From a virus: a stretch of DNA of 64,000 nucleotides. The position numbers and the translations under genes are program-made. The stretch spans positions 64,001-128,000 of the IMG/VR virus record IMGVR_UViG_3300025030_000046; one strand, 5' to 3'. Shown here one piece after another: positions 30,762 to 41,639 of this stretch (positions within the stretch are counted from its first letter, which is position 1; every line of letters starts with the position of its first letter). The notes under the pieces were generated by a model. That model was not told the DNA's origin. It made no database searches and saw only the letters and a program-made list of their open reading frames with translations.

Positions 30762-31730
30762 TTGCTTTTCTATTATAAAAATTTAAGAATAAAGGAGTGT
30801 ATTCGTATAGAATCACTAATTGAAACTTGCTATAAAAAAATTAATCATGAAATTGATGATTCTTGGGATGATTTAGCTAAGAAGTATGGATTTAAGAATA
30901 ATGAAGCCATTCGTTGTTGGTTTAAAAAATATAGAAATGCTACTGGAGAGATAGGTACAAAAAATAAGACAAGAATATTACATATTTCGGACATGCATTA
31001 TCCATATAATGTACCAAAAGAAGTATTTAAAGATTATATTGGAAAAGTTGATATTCTTGTAATCAATGGAGATGAACAAGATTGCCAGAGCATTAGTAAA
31101 TTTAGAAAAAAATATAGAATACCTTTTGTCGATGAGATGATTGGTACTCGTCAAATGATAATTGATATTATTGGATATATAAAACCCAAGAAAGTTATAT
31201 TAAATTATGGAAATCATAATCAAAGATTGATATCTTATTTTAGTGATAAGGTTCATGAAGATTTATTAACATTAATGCCAGAAACAAATCTAGATTTTAT
31301 AGTAGACTTGGGATTTTGGAAGCATGATCATCAAAATAAAAGTAAAACATTTTTTGAACCACTAACTAAGGTATTTGATGGTATTCTTGATATTTCTTAT
31401 TCAAAGAGTTGGTGGAGAAAAGTTGGCAAAAGCATATTTTGTCATCCAAGAGCTTATAAGAGTGGTATTTTAGGCACTGTTGAAAAATCATATCTTTATT
31501 TTCTTCAATTGGGAGAAGATTTTGACACTATAGTTATGGCGCATACTCACCAGCAAGGATTTTGTAGATATGGTAAAACATATTTATATGAGAGTGGTGC
31601 ATTATGTCACGAACAAAGTTATTCTACTGATGGCGGAATGATGAAGCCACAGAGTAAGGGTTTCGTTTATATAGTTCAAGATATATACGGTAATTTAATT
31701 TACGATGAAAGTAAAATAATTTGTTTATAA
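30762..31730 (+). CDS. calcineurin-like metallophosphoesterase with N-terminal HTH (YonJ position)
   Basis: ISDMH, NGD, GNHN, AHTH motifs. Confidence 0.8.
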   Translation: MLFYYKNLRIKECIRIESLIETCYKKINHEIDDSWDDLAKKYGFKNNEAIRCWFKKYRNATGEIGTKNKTRILHISDMHYPYNVPKEVFKDYIGKVDILVINGDEQDCQSISKFRKKYRIPFVDEMIGTRQMIIDIIGYIKPKKVILNYGNHNQRLISYFSDKVHEDLLTLMPETNLDFIVDLGFWKHDHQNKSKTFFEPLTKVFDGILDISYSKSWWRKVGKSIFCHPRAYKSGILGTVEKSYLYFLQLGEDFDTIVMAHTHQQGFCRYGKTYLYESGALCHEQSYSTDGGMMKPQSKGFVYIVQDIYGNLIYDESKIICL

Positions 31731-31760
31731 TCTAAAATATAAAAGAATAAAAGGAGAACA

Positions 31761-32120
31761 ATGATGGAATTAATCGAAAAAATAATTGTTGATGGTAACA
31801 AAATAGAGAAAAGATATTATATTAATGGAGTTTTAGTTCCAATAGAAGATTATGGTGATGCTTTGGAAGCTTGTGAAAATGAAGTAGATGAAAATTGTGG
31901 TTGTGAAAATGAGTATTCCGATTATGTTGATGAGTTGATGGATGATTGTATCGAAGACTGTATTGAAATAATGTCAAATCCAGAAGGTATTTGTGAAGAT
32001 TGCTTGAAGCGTGTTTTGCATAGTTTGTATATGGAAGGCTATAGAGAAGGTTCTATAGATGCTAGGTTGGGATTAATTGGTCAACTCAGTGATGAAATAG
32101 AAGAATTTGAAGAAGATTAA
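31761..32120 (+). CDS. acidic Cys-rich hypothetical protein
   Basis: 119 aa, strong RBS. Confidence 0.6.
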   Translation: MMELIEKIIVDGNKIEKRYYINGVLVPIEDYGDALEACENEVDENCGCENEYSDYVDELMDDCIEDCIEIMSNPEGICEDCLKRVLHSLYMEGYREGSIDARLGLIGQLSDEIEEFEED

Positions 32121-32228
32121 TAATTGAATTTTGGGTGTATAGTGCTTGTCTGTAGGTTCAGACAGGTATTTTTATGTCCAAAATTATATAAAATGTGAAT
32201 TTTAAGGAATAAAAAGGAGTGGTTTAAT

Positions 32229-33365
32229 TTGGCAAGTACAAAGAATAAAAAAGCAAGTACAGAAATATTAAGAAATTCTTGTACTTGTTGTGGAGCAAAC
32301 AACTCAAAAGATTTTTATAAAAGTTTTAATCCAATTCAAAAACAAACTCAGCAATTATCAGTTTGTAAGTCATGTGTTGAGATTGAATTCCAAAAATATT
32401 TGGGTAAATATCAAGATGGTAAACTTGCTATGTATTATTTATGTAGAAAATTTGATATCTTTTTTTGTGTAAATGCATATGAAGGGGCGGTAAATAACTC
32501 AGCAACTACTGGATGGACAATTATTCAATCATACTTTAAACAAATTAATTCTTTTAGAAATGAAGATTATGTAAGTAAGAACGGATATTTAATTACTTTT
32601 GATGAAAGTTTTGATTTTCTTGACAGAGTTTTATTGGAAAATTCAAATGATAATGAAATTAAAAGCACTAAAAAAGAAAAAACTCCAATTAATTTTTCAG
32701 ATTCAGATAAACAAAATCAAAATGATGTAATTAGATTATTAAAATATGATCCATTTATTGATGAAAGCTATGAGATAAAAGGATTCTTATATAATAAGCT
32801 GATCGATTTTCTTGATGAAAACACACTGAATGATAGTTTTAAACTTCCTATAGTAATTGAAATAGTCAAAGGATTTGGTCAAGCTGAAAAAATAAACAAA
32901 GCCTTGTCACAGATAGATATAACTAATGATATGACAAAAATAAAAGATATAAAAATTTTATCTGATACAAGAAATGATATTTTAAGAGTTACTTTAACAA
33001 TGGCTAAAGATAATGGAATATCAGAAAATTATAGTAACAATAAATCAAAAGGTGCTGGAACATTGTCTGGTATCATTAAAGACTTACAAGAAAAGGGAAT
33101 ACGTGATGCAGAAGTGAATTTATATGATATAGAAACTTGTTCGGGCATGAAACAGGTTGCTGATATTAGTAATAAAAGTATTATTCAACAATTAATGCTC
33201 AATGAAAATGACTATGTAGATATGATAAAAGATCAAAAACAGTTAATTCAAGATTTAGATGATAAATCAATTAAATTAGAAGAAGATAACAGATTATTAA
33301 AATTAAAACTAAAGGGTTTAGAATCATACTTAAAAGATAATAAAATTCTAAGGGACGAGGTATAG
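32229..33365 (+). CDS. Zn-finger protein upstream of terminase (YonG-like, candidate small terminase)
   Basis: CTCC...DFYKS...CKSC; immediately precedes the large terminase. Confidence 0.6.
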   Translation: MASTKNKKASTEILRNSCTCCGANNSKDFYKSFNPIQKQTQQLSVCKSCVEIEFQKYLGKYQDGKLAMYYLCRKFDIFFCVNAYEGAVNNSATTGWTIIQSYFKQINSFRNEDYVSKNGYLITFDESFDFLDRVLLENSNDNEIKSTKKEKTPINFSDSDKQNQNDVIRLLKYDPFIDESYEIKGFLYNKLIDFLDENTLNDSFKLPIVIEIVKGFGQAEKINKALSQIDITNDMTKIKDIKILSDTRNDILRVTLTMAKDNGISENYSNNKSKGAGTLSGIIKDLQEKGIRDAEVNLYDIETCSGMKQVADISNKSIIQQLMLNENDYVDMIKDQKQLIQDLDDKSIKLEEDNRLLKLKLKGLESYLKDNKILRDEV

Positions 33366-33368
33366 TCT

Positions 33369-35243
33369 ATGGAATTTTATTTAAAGCAATCAGATGTCGA
33401 AATATCGCAAAGGAGATTAGAAGGATATTTGAAACTTGCTGAATTAGTTCAGTGGGGAAGAATGCATCCTACTAGATTCTGTGAAAAAGTATTTGGCATT
33501 GAATTTTTAGATAACCAAAAATATGCTTTCATGATGTCTTGGACTACACCTTTTAATGTATGGTGTCAAAGTAGAAATAGTGGAAAATCTACACTACTTG
33601 CCCCATTTACGATGGCTAAGACATTATTAATACCAAATTTTGAAGCATATATAATAAGTGGCACTGGAAGCCAAGCACAAGAAACTTTTCTAAAGATTGA
33701 AAAAATTGCAAAAAAAGAAATTGCATCTTTTGCTGGATTGACAGACGTATTCTTTAACGAAACCGTAAAAAGTTCAGCTAATAGAGATGGATTTACACAC
33801 AACCCAGCGTCATTTAAATACCACCTATATAATAATAGCGTAGCATACTCACTGAATGGTAACATAGATGGAATAAGAGGTAAAAGAGCAAACTTAATCG
33901 CTTTTGATGAGGCTGGATTTATACCTCATGATTTATTTGTTGCTGCTATGCCATTTATTACACAAGATAGTAATTTTAAATTAGGTGGAAAAGTAGATAT
34001 AACAACATTACCAAAAGAGTTTCCAAATCAAGTTATTATGGCAAGTTCAGCATCAAGTACGGATACATATTTTTGGGAGAGATATAAAGAATACTCAAAA
34101 AAAATGTTTTTAGGTGATAAGAAATATTTTTGTATAGATGTAAATGCGGAAATTGTTCTAAATCCTACATTTAATGGTAGAGCTTACCCTCCGCTTGTTA
34201 GAAAAGAAGTAATTGACAATGCGATGAAAGATAATAAAGAAAAAGGACTCAGAGAACATTATAATATATTCTCTACAGAAGGTGGAGAAAATCAAGCAAT
34301 TAAACGTGCGATAATAATAAGGAATAGTGAAATCAGAGTACCTTTGCTTGCTAACGATGGTGGTAAAAAGTTTGCAATAGCATATGATCCTGCTAGAAGC
34401 TTTGACAACGCAATAAGTATGGTGGGCGAAATATATTTAGATGAAAACATAGGATACAAGATGAGAATCTGTAGTGGAGTTAGTTTTGTTGATATAGCTA
34501 AAAAGAAAAAAACACCAATGAGAACACCCGAACAGGTCGAATTTGTAAAACAATCACTTCTTGATTATAACGGTAATAATGCTGCTGATTATGAAAATAT
34601 AGAAGCACTTTTGATAGACGCTGGAGCTGGCGGAGGCGGTCATATTATTGCTGATTATTTTATGGAGGAATGGATAGACACAAAAGGACTTAAGCACAAG
34701 GGTTTAATTGATAAAATAGAATGTGTTGATTATGTCTCTAAGTTTCCAAATGCAGTAGATAAATTAAAATTAATGAATCCAAAAAAATATAAAGTTGAGA
34801 TGTATGATGCTTTGGTTGAAATGCTTGGGCTTGACTTAATTTCATTTACGGATGAATACGATATGAAGGGTTATTTGAATATATTTGAAAACTCAGAAGT
34901 TGAATATAGTGATGAAAAAAATAATAAGAAAAAAGAAATTCAAGTAAATACAAAAACACATAAACTATCATTTGATGAAGAATTAGCCTTAAAAAATATC
35001 GATTTATCAAAAGAAGAATTAGTTAATATTTTTAGATATGATGGTAAAAGCGGTGGAAGACAATATGATTTAGCTCCTGATAAAAAAACTAAAATGCATG
35101 ACGATAGAGCCTATTGTTTAGCTATGCTCGCTTGGTATCTACAACAATTAAGAAGAAAAAATATAACTCATAAAAAAAATGATGCCAATATAGACATCTC
35201 AAAACTATTTAATTTCCGTCAACCTCAAATACGCAAGCGCTAA
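33369..35243 (+). CDS. terL: terminase large subunit (YonF-like)
   Basis: SRNSGKS Walker A, RGKRANLIAFDEA Walker B, AYDPAR and HDDRAY nuclease motifs. Confidence 0.9.
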   Translation: MEFYLKQSDVEISQRRLEGYLKLAELVQWGRMHPTRFCEKVFGIEFLDNQKYAFMMSWTTPFNVWCQSRNSGKSTLLAPFTMAKTLLIPNFEAYIISGTGSQAQETFLKIEKIAKKEIASFAGLTDVFFNETVKSSANRDGFTHNPASFKYHLYNNSVAYSLNGNIDGIRGKRANLIAFDEAGFIPHDLFVAAMPFITQDSNFKLGGKVDITTLPKEFPNQVIMASSASSTDTYFWERYKEYSKKMFLGDKKYFCIDVNAEIVLNPTFNGRAYPPLVRKEVIDNAMKDNKEKGLREHYNIFSTEGGENQAIKRAIIIRNSEIRVPLLANDGGKKFAIAYDPARSFDNAISMVGEIYLDENIGYKMRICSGVSFVDIAKKKKTPMRTPEQVEFVKQSLLDYNGNNAADYENIEALLIDAGAGGGGHIIADYFMEEWIDTKGLKHKGLIDKIECVDYVSKFPNAVDKLKLMNPKKYKVEMYDALVEMLGLDLISFTDEYDMKGYLNIFENSEVEYSDEKNNKKKEIQVNTKTHKLSFDEELALKNIDLSKEELVNIFRYDGKSGGRQYDLAPDKKTKMHDDRAYCLAMLAWYLQQLRRKNITHKKNDANIDISKLFNFRQPQIRKR

Positions 35244-35276
35244 TAATGTAAAATATAAAATAAAGGTGGTGAAACA

Positions 35277-36791
35277 TTGAGTGAAGTAAAAGAAACAACA
35301 AAGATATTAACTCAAGCAGAAAAAGATAATGTGCAGTTTCAAAAATTATTGCAATTCGCAAATTTAGCTAAATATTTAAAGAAAGATTTAAATAGTACTC
35401 AACAAGTTCAATATACTTTTCATAAAAATTTCAATAAAGATGAAGTTATGAAGTGGCAAGCGAATCCTCAAAAATATGAAAAACAACTTCGCAATCTTTC
35501 AAGATTTTTATATGATACATCAAGTCATTATAAACGCTTGGTTCAATATTTTGCGACAATGTTAACTTTTGATTATTATATAGAGCCTTACGGAATGACT
35601 GACTTTGAACCTACTAAAGAATCAATTTTAAAAGTTCAAAAGAAATATATAAGCATAGTAAATTTATTAGAAGTAATGAATTTAAAGCATGAGTTTTTAA
35701 AGGTGTGTGAAAGAGCATGGATAGACGATGTTTGCTATTTTTATGAGTATAATATGTCAGATTCATATTTTTTAATGAATTTAAATCCAGACTATTGTCA
35801 AATTAGCGGAATAGAGGATGGGTCATTGACATTTAGCTATGACTTTTCATTTTTCACTACATATCCTAAAGAATTGGATAAATATGCAGAAGAATTTAAA
35901 ACAAAATATGAATTATATAAAAGTGATAATAAAAAATATAAATGGCAGGAAATAGACCCTTCTAAAAGTTTATGTATTAAAGTTGCCGAAAATGTTGATT
36001 ATCCGATTCCTCCATTTGCAGGATTAGCTGAAGAAGTATGGGCGTTAGAGGATTATAAATCTTTAAAATTATCAAAAACTGAAATGGAAAATTATTTATT
36101 ATTAATAGCAAAGATTCCATATTTAAAGGAGTCAGGAGTTGCTAATAATTTTGCTTTAGAAATAAATAAAGCAATAGAATATTTTGATCTTATGATGGGT
36201 AGTCTTCCCGACCAGTGTGGTGGATTACTTTCGCCCTTTGAGAGCGTAGAGGCAGTTAAGGTTGATAAAAACGATAAAGATAATGATAAAGTTAGCGAAG
36301 CTCAAAAATCATTATATGATGCAGCAGGGGTATCCTCATCATTATTTAATAGTGACGGGTCAGCTGCCACTGTATCTAAAAGTATTTTGGTTGATGAAAA
36401 TGTTGTGTTTAAGGTGTTGCGTCAACTAGAACGCTGGATTAATAAGAGACTTAAAGATGAAAACAAAGTTATTAAATTTAAAGTGCAGTTTATCGATATT
36501 ACTAGATTTAATCAAAATGATTACATTAAAAATTTAAAAGAAGCTGCTACATTGGGACTTCCAGTAAAACTAAAATATAATTCGGCAATTGGGCAATCTC
36601 CGAGTTCCGCAATACATATGGAATTTTTAGAAAATTCGGTATTGGGCATTTCAGAAAAATGGATTCCATTACAATCTAGTCATACAACTAGTGGAGATGG
36701 CGGAAGACCTACGGTTGATGAAGGTAAATTATCCGAATCTGGAGCGAAAACAAAGGAAAATGACTCAAATAACAAAGAGGCGAGAAATTAA
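35277..36791 (+). CDS. portal protein (YonE-like)
   Basis: Position after terL, 504 aa, C-terminal PLQSSHT...GGRP. Confidence 0.8.
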   Translation: MSEVKETTKILTQAEKDNVQFQKLLQFANLAKYLKKDLNSTQQVQYTFHKNFNKDEVMKWQANPQKYEKQLRNLSRFLYDTSSHYKRLVQYFATMLTFDYYIEPYGMTDFEPTKESILKVQKKYISIVNLLEVMNLKHEFLKVCERAWIDDVCYFYEYNMSDSYFLMNLNPDYCQISGIEDGSLTFSYDFSFFTTYPKELDKYAEEFKTKYELYKSDNKKYKWQEIDPSKSLCIKVAENVDYPIPPFAGLAEEVWALEDYKSLKLSKTEMENYLLLIAKIPYLKESGVANNFALEINKAIEYFDLMMGSLPDQCGGLLSPFESVEAVKVDKNDKDNDKVSEAQKSLYDAAGVSSSLFNSDGSAATVSKSILVDENVVFKVLRQLERWINKRLKDENKVIKFKVQFIDITRFNQNDYIKNLKEAATLGLPVKLKYNSAIGQSPSSAIHMEFLENSVLGISEKWIPLQSSHTTSGDGGRPTVDEGKLSESGAKTKENDSNNKEARN

Positions 36792-36819
36792 ATCAAATAA
36801 CTCAAAGGAGGTGTCTTAA

Positions 36820-37005
36820 TTGGCATCTTTTATTTATTGTATGGACGAAAAAACAAAAAACGAACTCATTTCTAAGGGTTATAAATTTATAAAACAGGAA
36901 TCCATACAAAATAAATCTGCTTGGATTTTTGAATATAAACCAGAATTACAATTTGATGTAAATGATAAAACAAAATATTTTACATCTAATACTATGCGTT
37001 TTTAA
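36820..37005 (+). CDS. small hypothetical virion-module protein
   Basis: AAGGAGG RBS between portal and scaffold. Confidence 0.6.
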   Translation: MASFIYCMDEKTKNELISKGYKFIKQESIQNKSAWIFEYKPELQFDVNDKTKYFTSNTMRF

Positions 37006-37017
37006 GGAGGTGAAATC

Positions 37018-38580
37018 TTGAGTGAAATAAAACAATTAAGATGTAAAGCAATTTTTGATTCTAATATAGAAAAAATAAACCCTCTTTTTTCAAAAGTAAA
37101 AATTAGAATAGCATATACGGGAACTAATAGAAATAATTCTTATATTTCTAAAGAGTCTTTTGAAAAGGCACTTCCCACAATTTATAACTGTCCAATAATA
37201 GGTGAGTTTATAGAGACTGTTGAAGATTGGGGTTCTCATGGTGGCAAAATTGAAATCAGTGATAAAGGAATAAAGTATATTCAAACAACTAAGCCATATG
37301 GAGTTATAAATGAGACCTCAGAAATAACTTGGGAAGATGTTGTTGAAGAAGATGGAGCTATTAATACATATCTTTGCGCTACTGGATATTTGTGGACGGG
37401 CAGATATGAAGAATTAGATTCTGTGCTAAAAAACTCAAAAAGCCAATCAATGGAAATTGAAATTTCTAATGGCGATTTTAAAGATATTAATAATCAACAA
37501 GTATATGCCATAGAAGACTTTGTTTTTAGTGCTTTTTGTATATTAGGAGATAGTGTTGAGCCTTGTTTTGAAAGTTCTACAGTAACTTCTTATAATTTTA
37601 ATAAAGATGATTTTAAAGCAGAATTTAATAAAATGCTCGAAGAATTAAAGCAATTTTCATTACAAAGTCAAGCGTCGTCTTCTGACGTTGATGATATAAA
37701 ATTTAATAAAGAAGGAGGTAAACATATAGTGGATGAAAAATTAGAATTAATTGCCAAATATAATCTAACTGTTGAACAGTTAAATTTCAACATAGAAGAA
37801 ATTGAGCTTGAAGAGTTAGAGGTAAAATTACAAGAGTTTTCAACAAATAATGATGAAGATTTAAAAGGAGATAACTCAGTTATTGAATTTTCTGCTACAT
37901 ATCGTCAAAAACGAGAAGCATTATCTAACGCATTAGATCCAAAAATTGAAAAAGATGCAGATGGCAATATAATATACGAAGAGTATATGTGGATTGAAGA
38001 CTTCGACGATGAATTTGCTTATGTAGAAAAAAGTATTTGGACTGCCGATAATCACGAACGTAAATATGGAAGATTTTCATATACATTTGATGAGTCTGCA
38101 CTAACAGCAACAATTACATCCGAATTTGAAGAAATGGTTCTTACTTGGTTAACTCTAGAAGAAAATCAGAAGCTTCAAGACGAGAGAAATACAGTTTCGG
38201 CTGAATTTGAAAAACTTAAAGTTGAATTTAATGAATATAAAAACAAATATTCAACACCTAATGAAGAAGTTGAAACTCTCAAACAATTCCAAAGTGATAA
38301 ACTCGCAGAAGAGCGAAAAGAATCTGAAGACGCACTATTTGCACAGTTTGAACAGCTTAGTGGAGTTGAAGAGTTTGAAGAGTTAAAGAAAAAAGCATCT
38401 GAATTCAGCATAGAGCAACTTGAAAAAGAAGTTGCTTTTATTATGGTAAAAAACAATGCAATCTTTAAATTTTCAGTAAAACCAGCTACAAAGAATAAAG
38501 TAAAAATCGAGTTCACAAAAACAGAAGTTCAAATTGATGAACGAGATGAACTATTCAACAAATATTTAAAGAAAGAATAA
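37018..38580 (+). CDS. prohead protease/scaffold (YonD-like)
   Basis: NRNNS, SQSMEI, AFCILG protease-like N-half; acidic coiled-coil C-half. Confidence 0.75.
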   Translation: MSEIKQLRCKAIFDSNIEKINPLFSKVKIRIAYTGTNRNNSYISKESFEKALPTIYNCPIIGEFIETVEDWGSHGGKIEISDKGIKYIQTTKPYGVINETSEITWEDVVEEDGAINTYLCATGYLWTGRYEELDSVLKNSKSQSMEIEISNGDFKDINNQQVYAIEDFVFSAFCILGDSVEPCFESSTVTSYNFNKDDFKAEFNKMLEELKQFSLQSQASSSDVDDIKFNKEGGKHIVDEKLELIAKYNLTVEQLNFNIEEIELEELEVKLQEFSTNNDEDLKGDNSVIEFSATYRQKREALSNALDPKIEKDADGNIIYEEYMWIEDFDDEFAYVEKSIWTADNHERKYGRFSYTFDESALTATITSEFEEMVLTWLTLEENQKLQDERNTVSAEFEKLKVEFNEYKNKYSTPNEEVETLKQFQSDKLAEERKESEDALFAQFEQLSGVEEFEELKKKASEFSIEQLEKEVAFIMVKNNAIFKFSVKPATKNKVKIEFTKTEVQIDERDELFNKYLKKE

Positions 38581-38595
38581 GGAGGAATTTTAATT

Positions 38596-39120
38596 ATGGC
38601 AAATTACGGAGTAATCAGAATGGATTCAGTTCCAGAGAAAATTAGAAGTGCTAAACATTTAGTTGGTAGCACAGAAACAGCTATAGAAAATGGCAATATC
38701 GTTCAGGTGGATGTATTAATAAGCACAGCAAACCGTGAGCTATTTAAGGCTATTGTACCAACAGCTATTACAAATCTAAATGTAGGTGTGGTTTGTACAC
38801 CAGAAGTTATTTATGATGAAGCTTTAAAATCAACAGGAGCATTAACTAAGTTTATAAATCCTGCTGGAAAACCTATAACTGTAGCTATGCCAGAAGTTGG
38901 AAAGTTTTTATCAATTTCTGATGAGTGTATCACAGTAATTAATGATGATGACGACCTTCCTGCTGTTGGAAGTTTTGTTACAGTAACTCAAGGTTCAACA
39001 AAATGGACAGAAAAAGCTTCTCTAGGTGGTACTGAAACACTTGCAGGTAAAATAGTTGCAAGAGAGCTTTACAAGAAAGACACTTATCTCAACACAGTAG
39101 AAATAGTAGTAGGATATTAA
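38596..39120 (+). CDS. head decoration/cement protein (YonC-like)
   Basis: IENGNIV motif; between scaffold and capsid. Confidence 0.6.
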   Translation: MANYGVIRMDSVPEKIRSAKHLVGSTETAIENGNIVQVDVLISTANRELFKAIVPTAITNLNVGVVCTPEVIYDEALKSTGALTKFINPAGKPITVAMPEVGKFLSISDECITVINDDDDLPAVGSFVTVTQGSTKWTEKASLGGTETLAGKIVARELYKKDTYLNTVEIVVGY

Positions 39121-39151
39121 TAAACTAAAACATAAAAGGAGGATAATAATA

Positions 39152-40150
39152 ATGAGTGAAAGAATAGAGCTAATTAAATTAGCTAAAGAAACATATAAAA
39201 ATAGATTTTCGCATGACAAATTTTCTAAGAATGATGCTAATGATGTATTGAGAAACAAATTTATTGAACTCAATGGCGGTTCTAGTAAATTGGATTTCAA
39301 GGCACTTCGTAGAAATGGTGCGGAGATGTTTGAAATCATAGAAGAGATTCTTGAAAACACAGTTATCGAAGGACTTCCAGAAGATAGTTTCTTCTCTAAG
39401 TTTGTAGAGTATAAGAACGTTGCATTGGGAGATCAGAATAGTTTTTATGTACCTGATAACACAATGTTAGTAGTTTCTGAAATTGCTGATGGCACTACTT
39501 CACTAAGAAGACAGAGAATGGACGTAGGTTCTAACGTAAGCATTACTACTTCATGGAAGGGAATCAAGATTTATGAACATCTTTCAAGATTGCTTTCTGG
39601 CAGAGTAGACTTCAACGAAATGCTTACGGCACTTGAAAAGGCATTCAAATTGAAAGTTAATGACGATGTATGTAGTGCGTTTGTTGGTTCTTTCGCAAGT
39701 CTTCCATCAGGCTTTACAACATCAGGTTCTTTCGATGAAGATTCAATGATTGATATAATTGAGCATATTGAAGCTGCTACTGGTAAAACAGCTATGCTTG
39801 CAGGTACTATGAAAGCACTGAGAAAAGTTTCTACTGCAATAGTTTCCGATACTGCAAAAGAAGATGTTTACAAAATGGGATACTTTGGTTCATTCAACGG
39901 TACTCCTATGATGAGAATTAAGCAAGCTCATACAGTTGGTACATACACATTTAAATTATCTGAAAATGATATTTATATTGTAACGACTGACGAGAAACCT
40001 GTTAAGTTCGTAACAGAAGGTGAAGCAAGAGTTCTTTCTGGCGACGCTATGTCTAACGCTGATATGACACAAGATTATTTCTTCGCTAATCAGTACGGCA
40101 CAGGTGTTGTAATTACTGACCTTTATGGCAAGTATGAGATATCTGCATAA
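39152..40150 (+). CDS. major capsid protein (YonB-like)
   Basis: 332 aa, FEIIEEIL...NVALGD...RRQR motifs, followed by a terminator. Confidence 0.8.
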   Translation: MSERIELIKLAKETYKNRFSHDKFSKNDANDVLRNKFIELNGGSSKLDFKALRRNGAEMFEIIEEILENTVIEGLPEDSFFSKFVEYKNVALGDQNSFYVPDNTMLVVSEIADGTTSLRRQRMDVGSNVSITTSWKGIKIYEHLSRLLSGRVDFNEMLTALEKAFKLKVNDDVCSAFVGSFASLPSGFTTSGSFDEDSMIDIIEHIEAATGKTAMLAGTMKALRKVSTAIVSDTAKEDVYKMGYFGSFNGTPMMRIKQAHTVGTYTFKLSENDIYIVTTDEKPVKFVTEGEARVLSGDAMSNADMTQDYFFANQYGTGVVITDLYGKYEISA

Positions 40151-40170
40151 ATAATATAAAATATAAAACT

Positions 40171-40200
40171 AGGGAGAGTGAAATATCTCTCCTTATTTTT
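40171..40200 (+). terminator. intrinsic terminator after the capsid gene
   Basis: AGGGAGA...TCTCCTT hairpin followed by T-tract. Confidence 0.65.
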
Positions 40201-40222
40201 ATTGAATTAAAGGAGAAATAAT

Positions 40223-40846
40223 ATGGCTAAACGTGGAAATCCAAATTTAAATAAAGTAAAAGCAACTGAAATTGTTGAAGAAATTAGCCCTATCATAAAT
40301 GAAACAATTAAAGAGCAAGAAGTTAAACCAAAACAGGAAATCACGCCTATGTGGAAACCTGACTTAAATCGTATGATTTATATTAAAAATATATCTAGGG
40401 GTAAACTAATATATAAAAGTAAGCGACAAATTGGCTATACTGTAGAATGGGCAAAAAAAGGCGATAAAAATTATCTTGAACTTGGTGAATTCATAAATCT
40501 TAAAAATTCTGATAGAAGATTTGTAACAGAACCTTGGATTAGAATAATTGAGGATGATGAAATTGAAATACTGAAATATGCAAATATTCTTCAGTACTAT
40601 AAAGAGATACTTGGCATTGATAATGTAGCCGATATATTACGCCTTGATTTCGATTCTTTTAAAAAGAAGTTTGATAATTTACCAGAAGGATATAAAAATG
40701 CCGTAATTGAACAAGCTGCTGATATGATTAGGAATGGTGAGCTTGATTCAATTAAGATAAAAAATTACATAGAAAAAACTATGGGAATCGAACTAGATAT
40801 ACTGACAAAGGTAAGTAGTAAAAATAATTCAATAGAAATAAAGTAA
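40223..40846 (+). CDS. YonA-like virion protein
   Basis: Synteny; GELDSIKIKNYIEKTMGIEL C-terminus. Confidence 0.55.
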   Translation: MAKRGNPNLNKVKATEIVEEISPIINETIKEQEVKPKQEITPMWKPDLNRMIYIKNISRGKLIYKSKRQIGYTVEWAKKGDKNYLELGEFINLKNSDRRFVTEPWIRIIEDDEIEILKYANILQYYKEILGIDNVADILRLDFDSFKKKFDNLPEGYKNAVIEQAADMIRNGELDSIKIKNYIEKTMGIELDILTKVSSKNNSIEIK

Positions 40847-40859
40847 GGGAGTTGATGAT

Positions 40860-41282
40860 ATGGCTACGCCTTACTCTGAAATAGATAATATGTTCTTGAG
40901 TGATATATCTGATGATACATTCTTGGATTATATAGATGCAGACAGAGATGAAATTCTTGACAATCTACGAAAAAAATCTGTAACAAGATTCAAAGCTTGT
41001 AAAAAGGATTTATATAATAAAGATGATATTTTGGGACAATTTAATGATACTTTAACTGATGAAGAAAAGTTAATTATAGCTACAATTATGAGAAAATATT
41101 GGCTTAATGATAAGATTTATAATCTTGACTTAATTAAACAAAGAATGTCATCTAAAGACTGGAAACTAACATCCCAAGCTGAGCATTTGTTACGGTTAAC
41201 GGTTTTAAATCAGGAATTAGATAAAGAGATTAGTAGAATGATTGTTGATTATACCGTTTATGCATTTAAGGTTGGTGATTAA
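40860..41282 (+). CDS. head-tail adaptor (YomZ-like)
   Basis: MATPYSEI start, SQAEHL motif, synteny. Confidence 0.6.
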   Translation: MATPYSEIDNMFLSDISDDTFLDYIDADRDEILDNLRKKSVTRFKACKKDLYNKDDILGQFNDTLTDEEKLIIATIMRKYWLNDKIYNLDLIKQRMSSKDWKLTSQAEHLLRLTVLNQELDKEISRMIVDYTVYAFKVGD

Positions 41283-41603
41283 ATGATACAAACTAATTAT
41301 TCTGTAATTCCAGATGATTTATTCGTTAATTATCTTAATTTCTTAAAAGGGCAATTATATAAAAGTCTTTGTTTAAAAGAAGAAAGTAGTGATACTTTAA
41401 TTAGTTTTTTAGAATCACTTAATCGTGAACTCATAGGCAATAAGGAATTAATTGCTTTTTTAAAAAATGATGCAAGGTTTATTAGTTTATTGAATAAAGT
41501 TCAATTTTTGATTTCAGAATCGGATGCAACTCATGAAGTGTTTAAAAAAGAGATATTTTCTTGCATATCTATAGTCAAAAAACTAGAAGAAAAATATATA
41601 TAA
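41283..41603 (+). CDS. hypothetical virion-module protein
   Basis: Coupled ORF, 106 aa. Confidence 0.55.
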   Translation: MIQTNYSVIPDDLFVNYLNFLKGQLYKSLCLKEESSDTLISFLESLNRELIGNKELIAFLKNDARFISLLNKVQFLISESDATHEVFKKEIFSCISIVKKLEEKYI

Positions 41604-41639
41604 TTATTTTATGTTTAAAATATAAAAGGAGGTATCCAA

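Noticed and set aside
33369-35243. Intein or intron in the terminase
   Set aside because: ORF is continuous and of ordinary length, with no splice motifs seen
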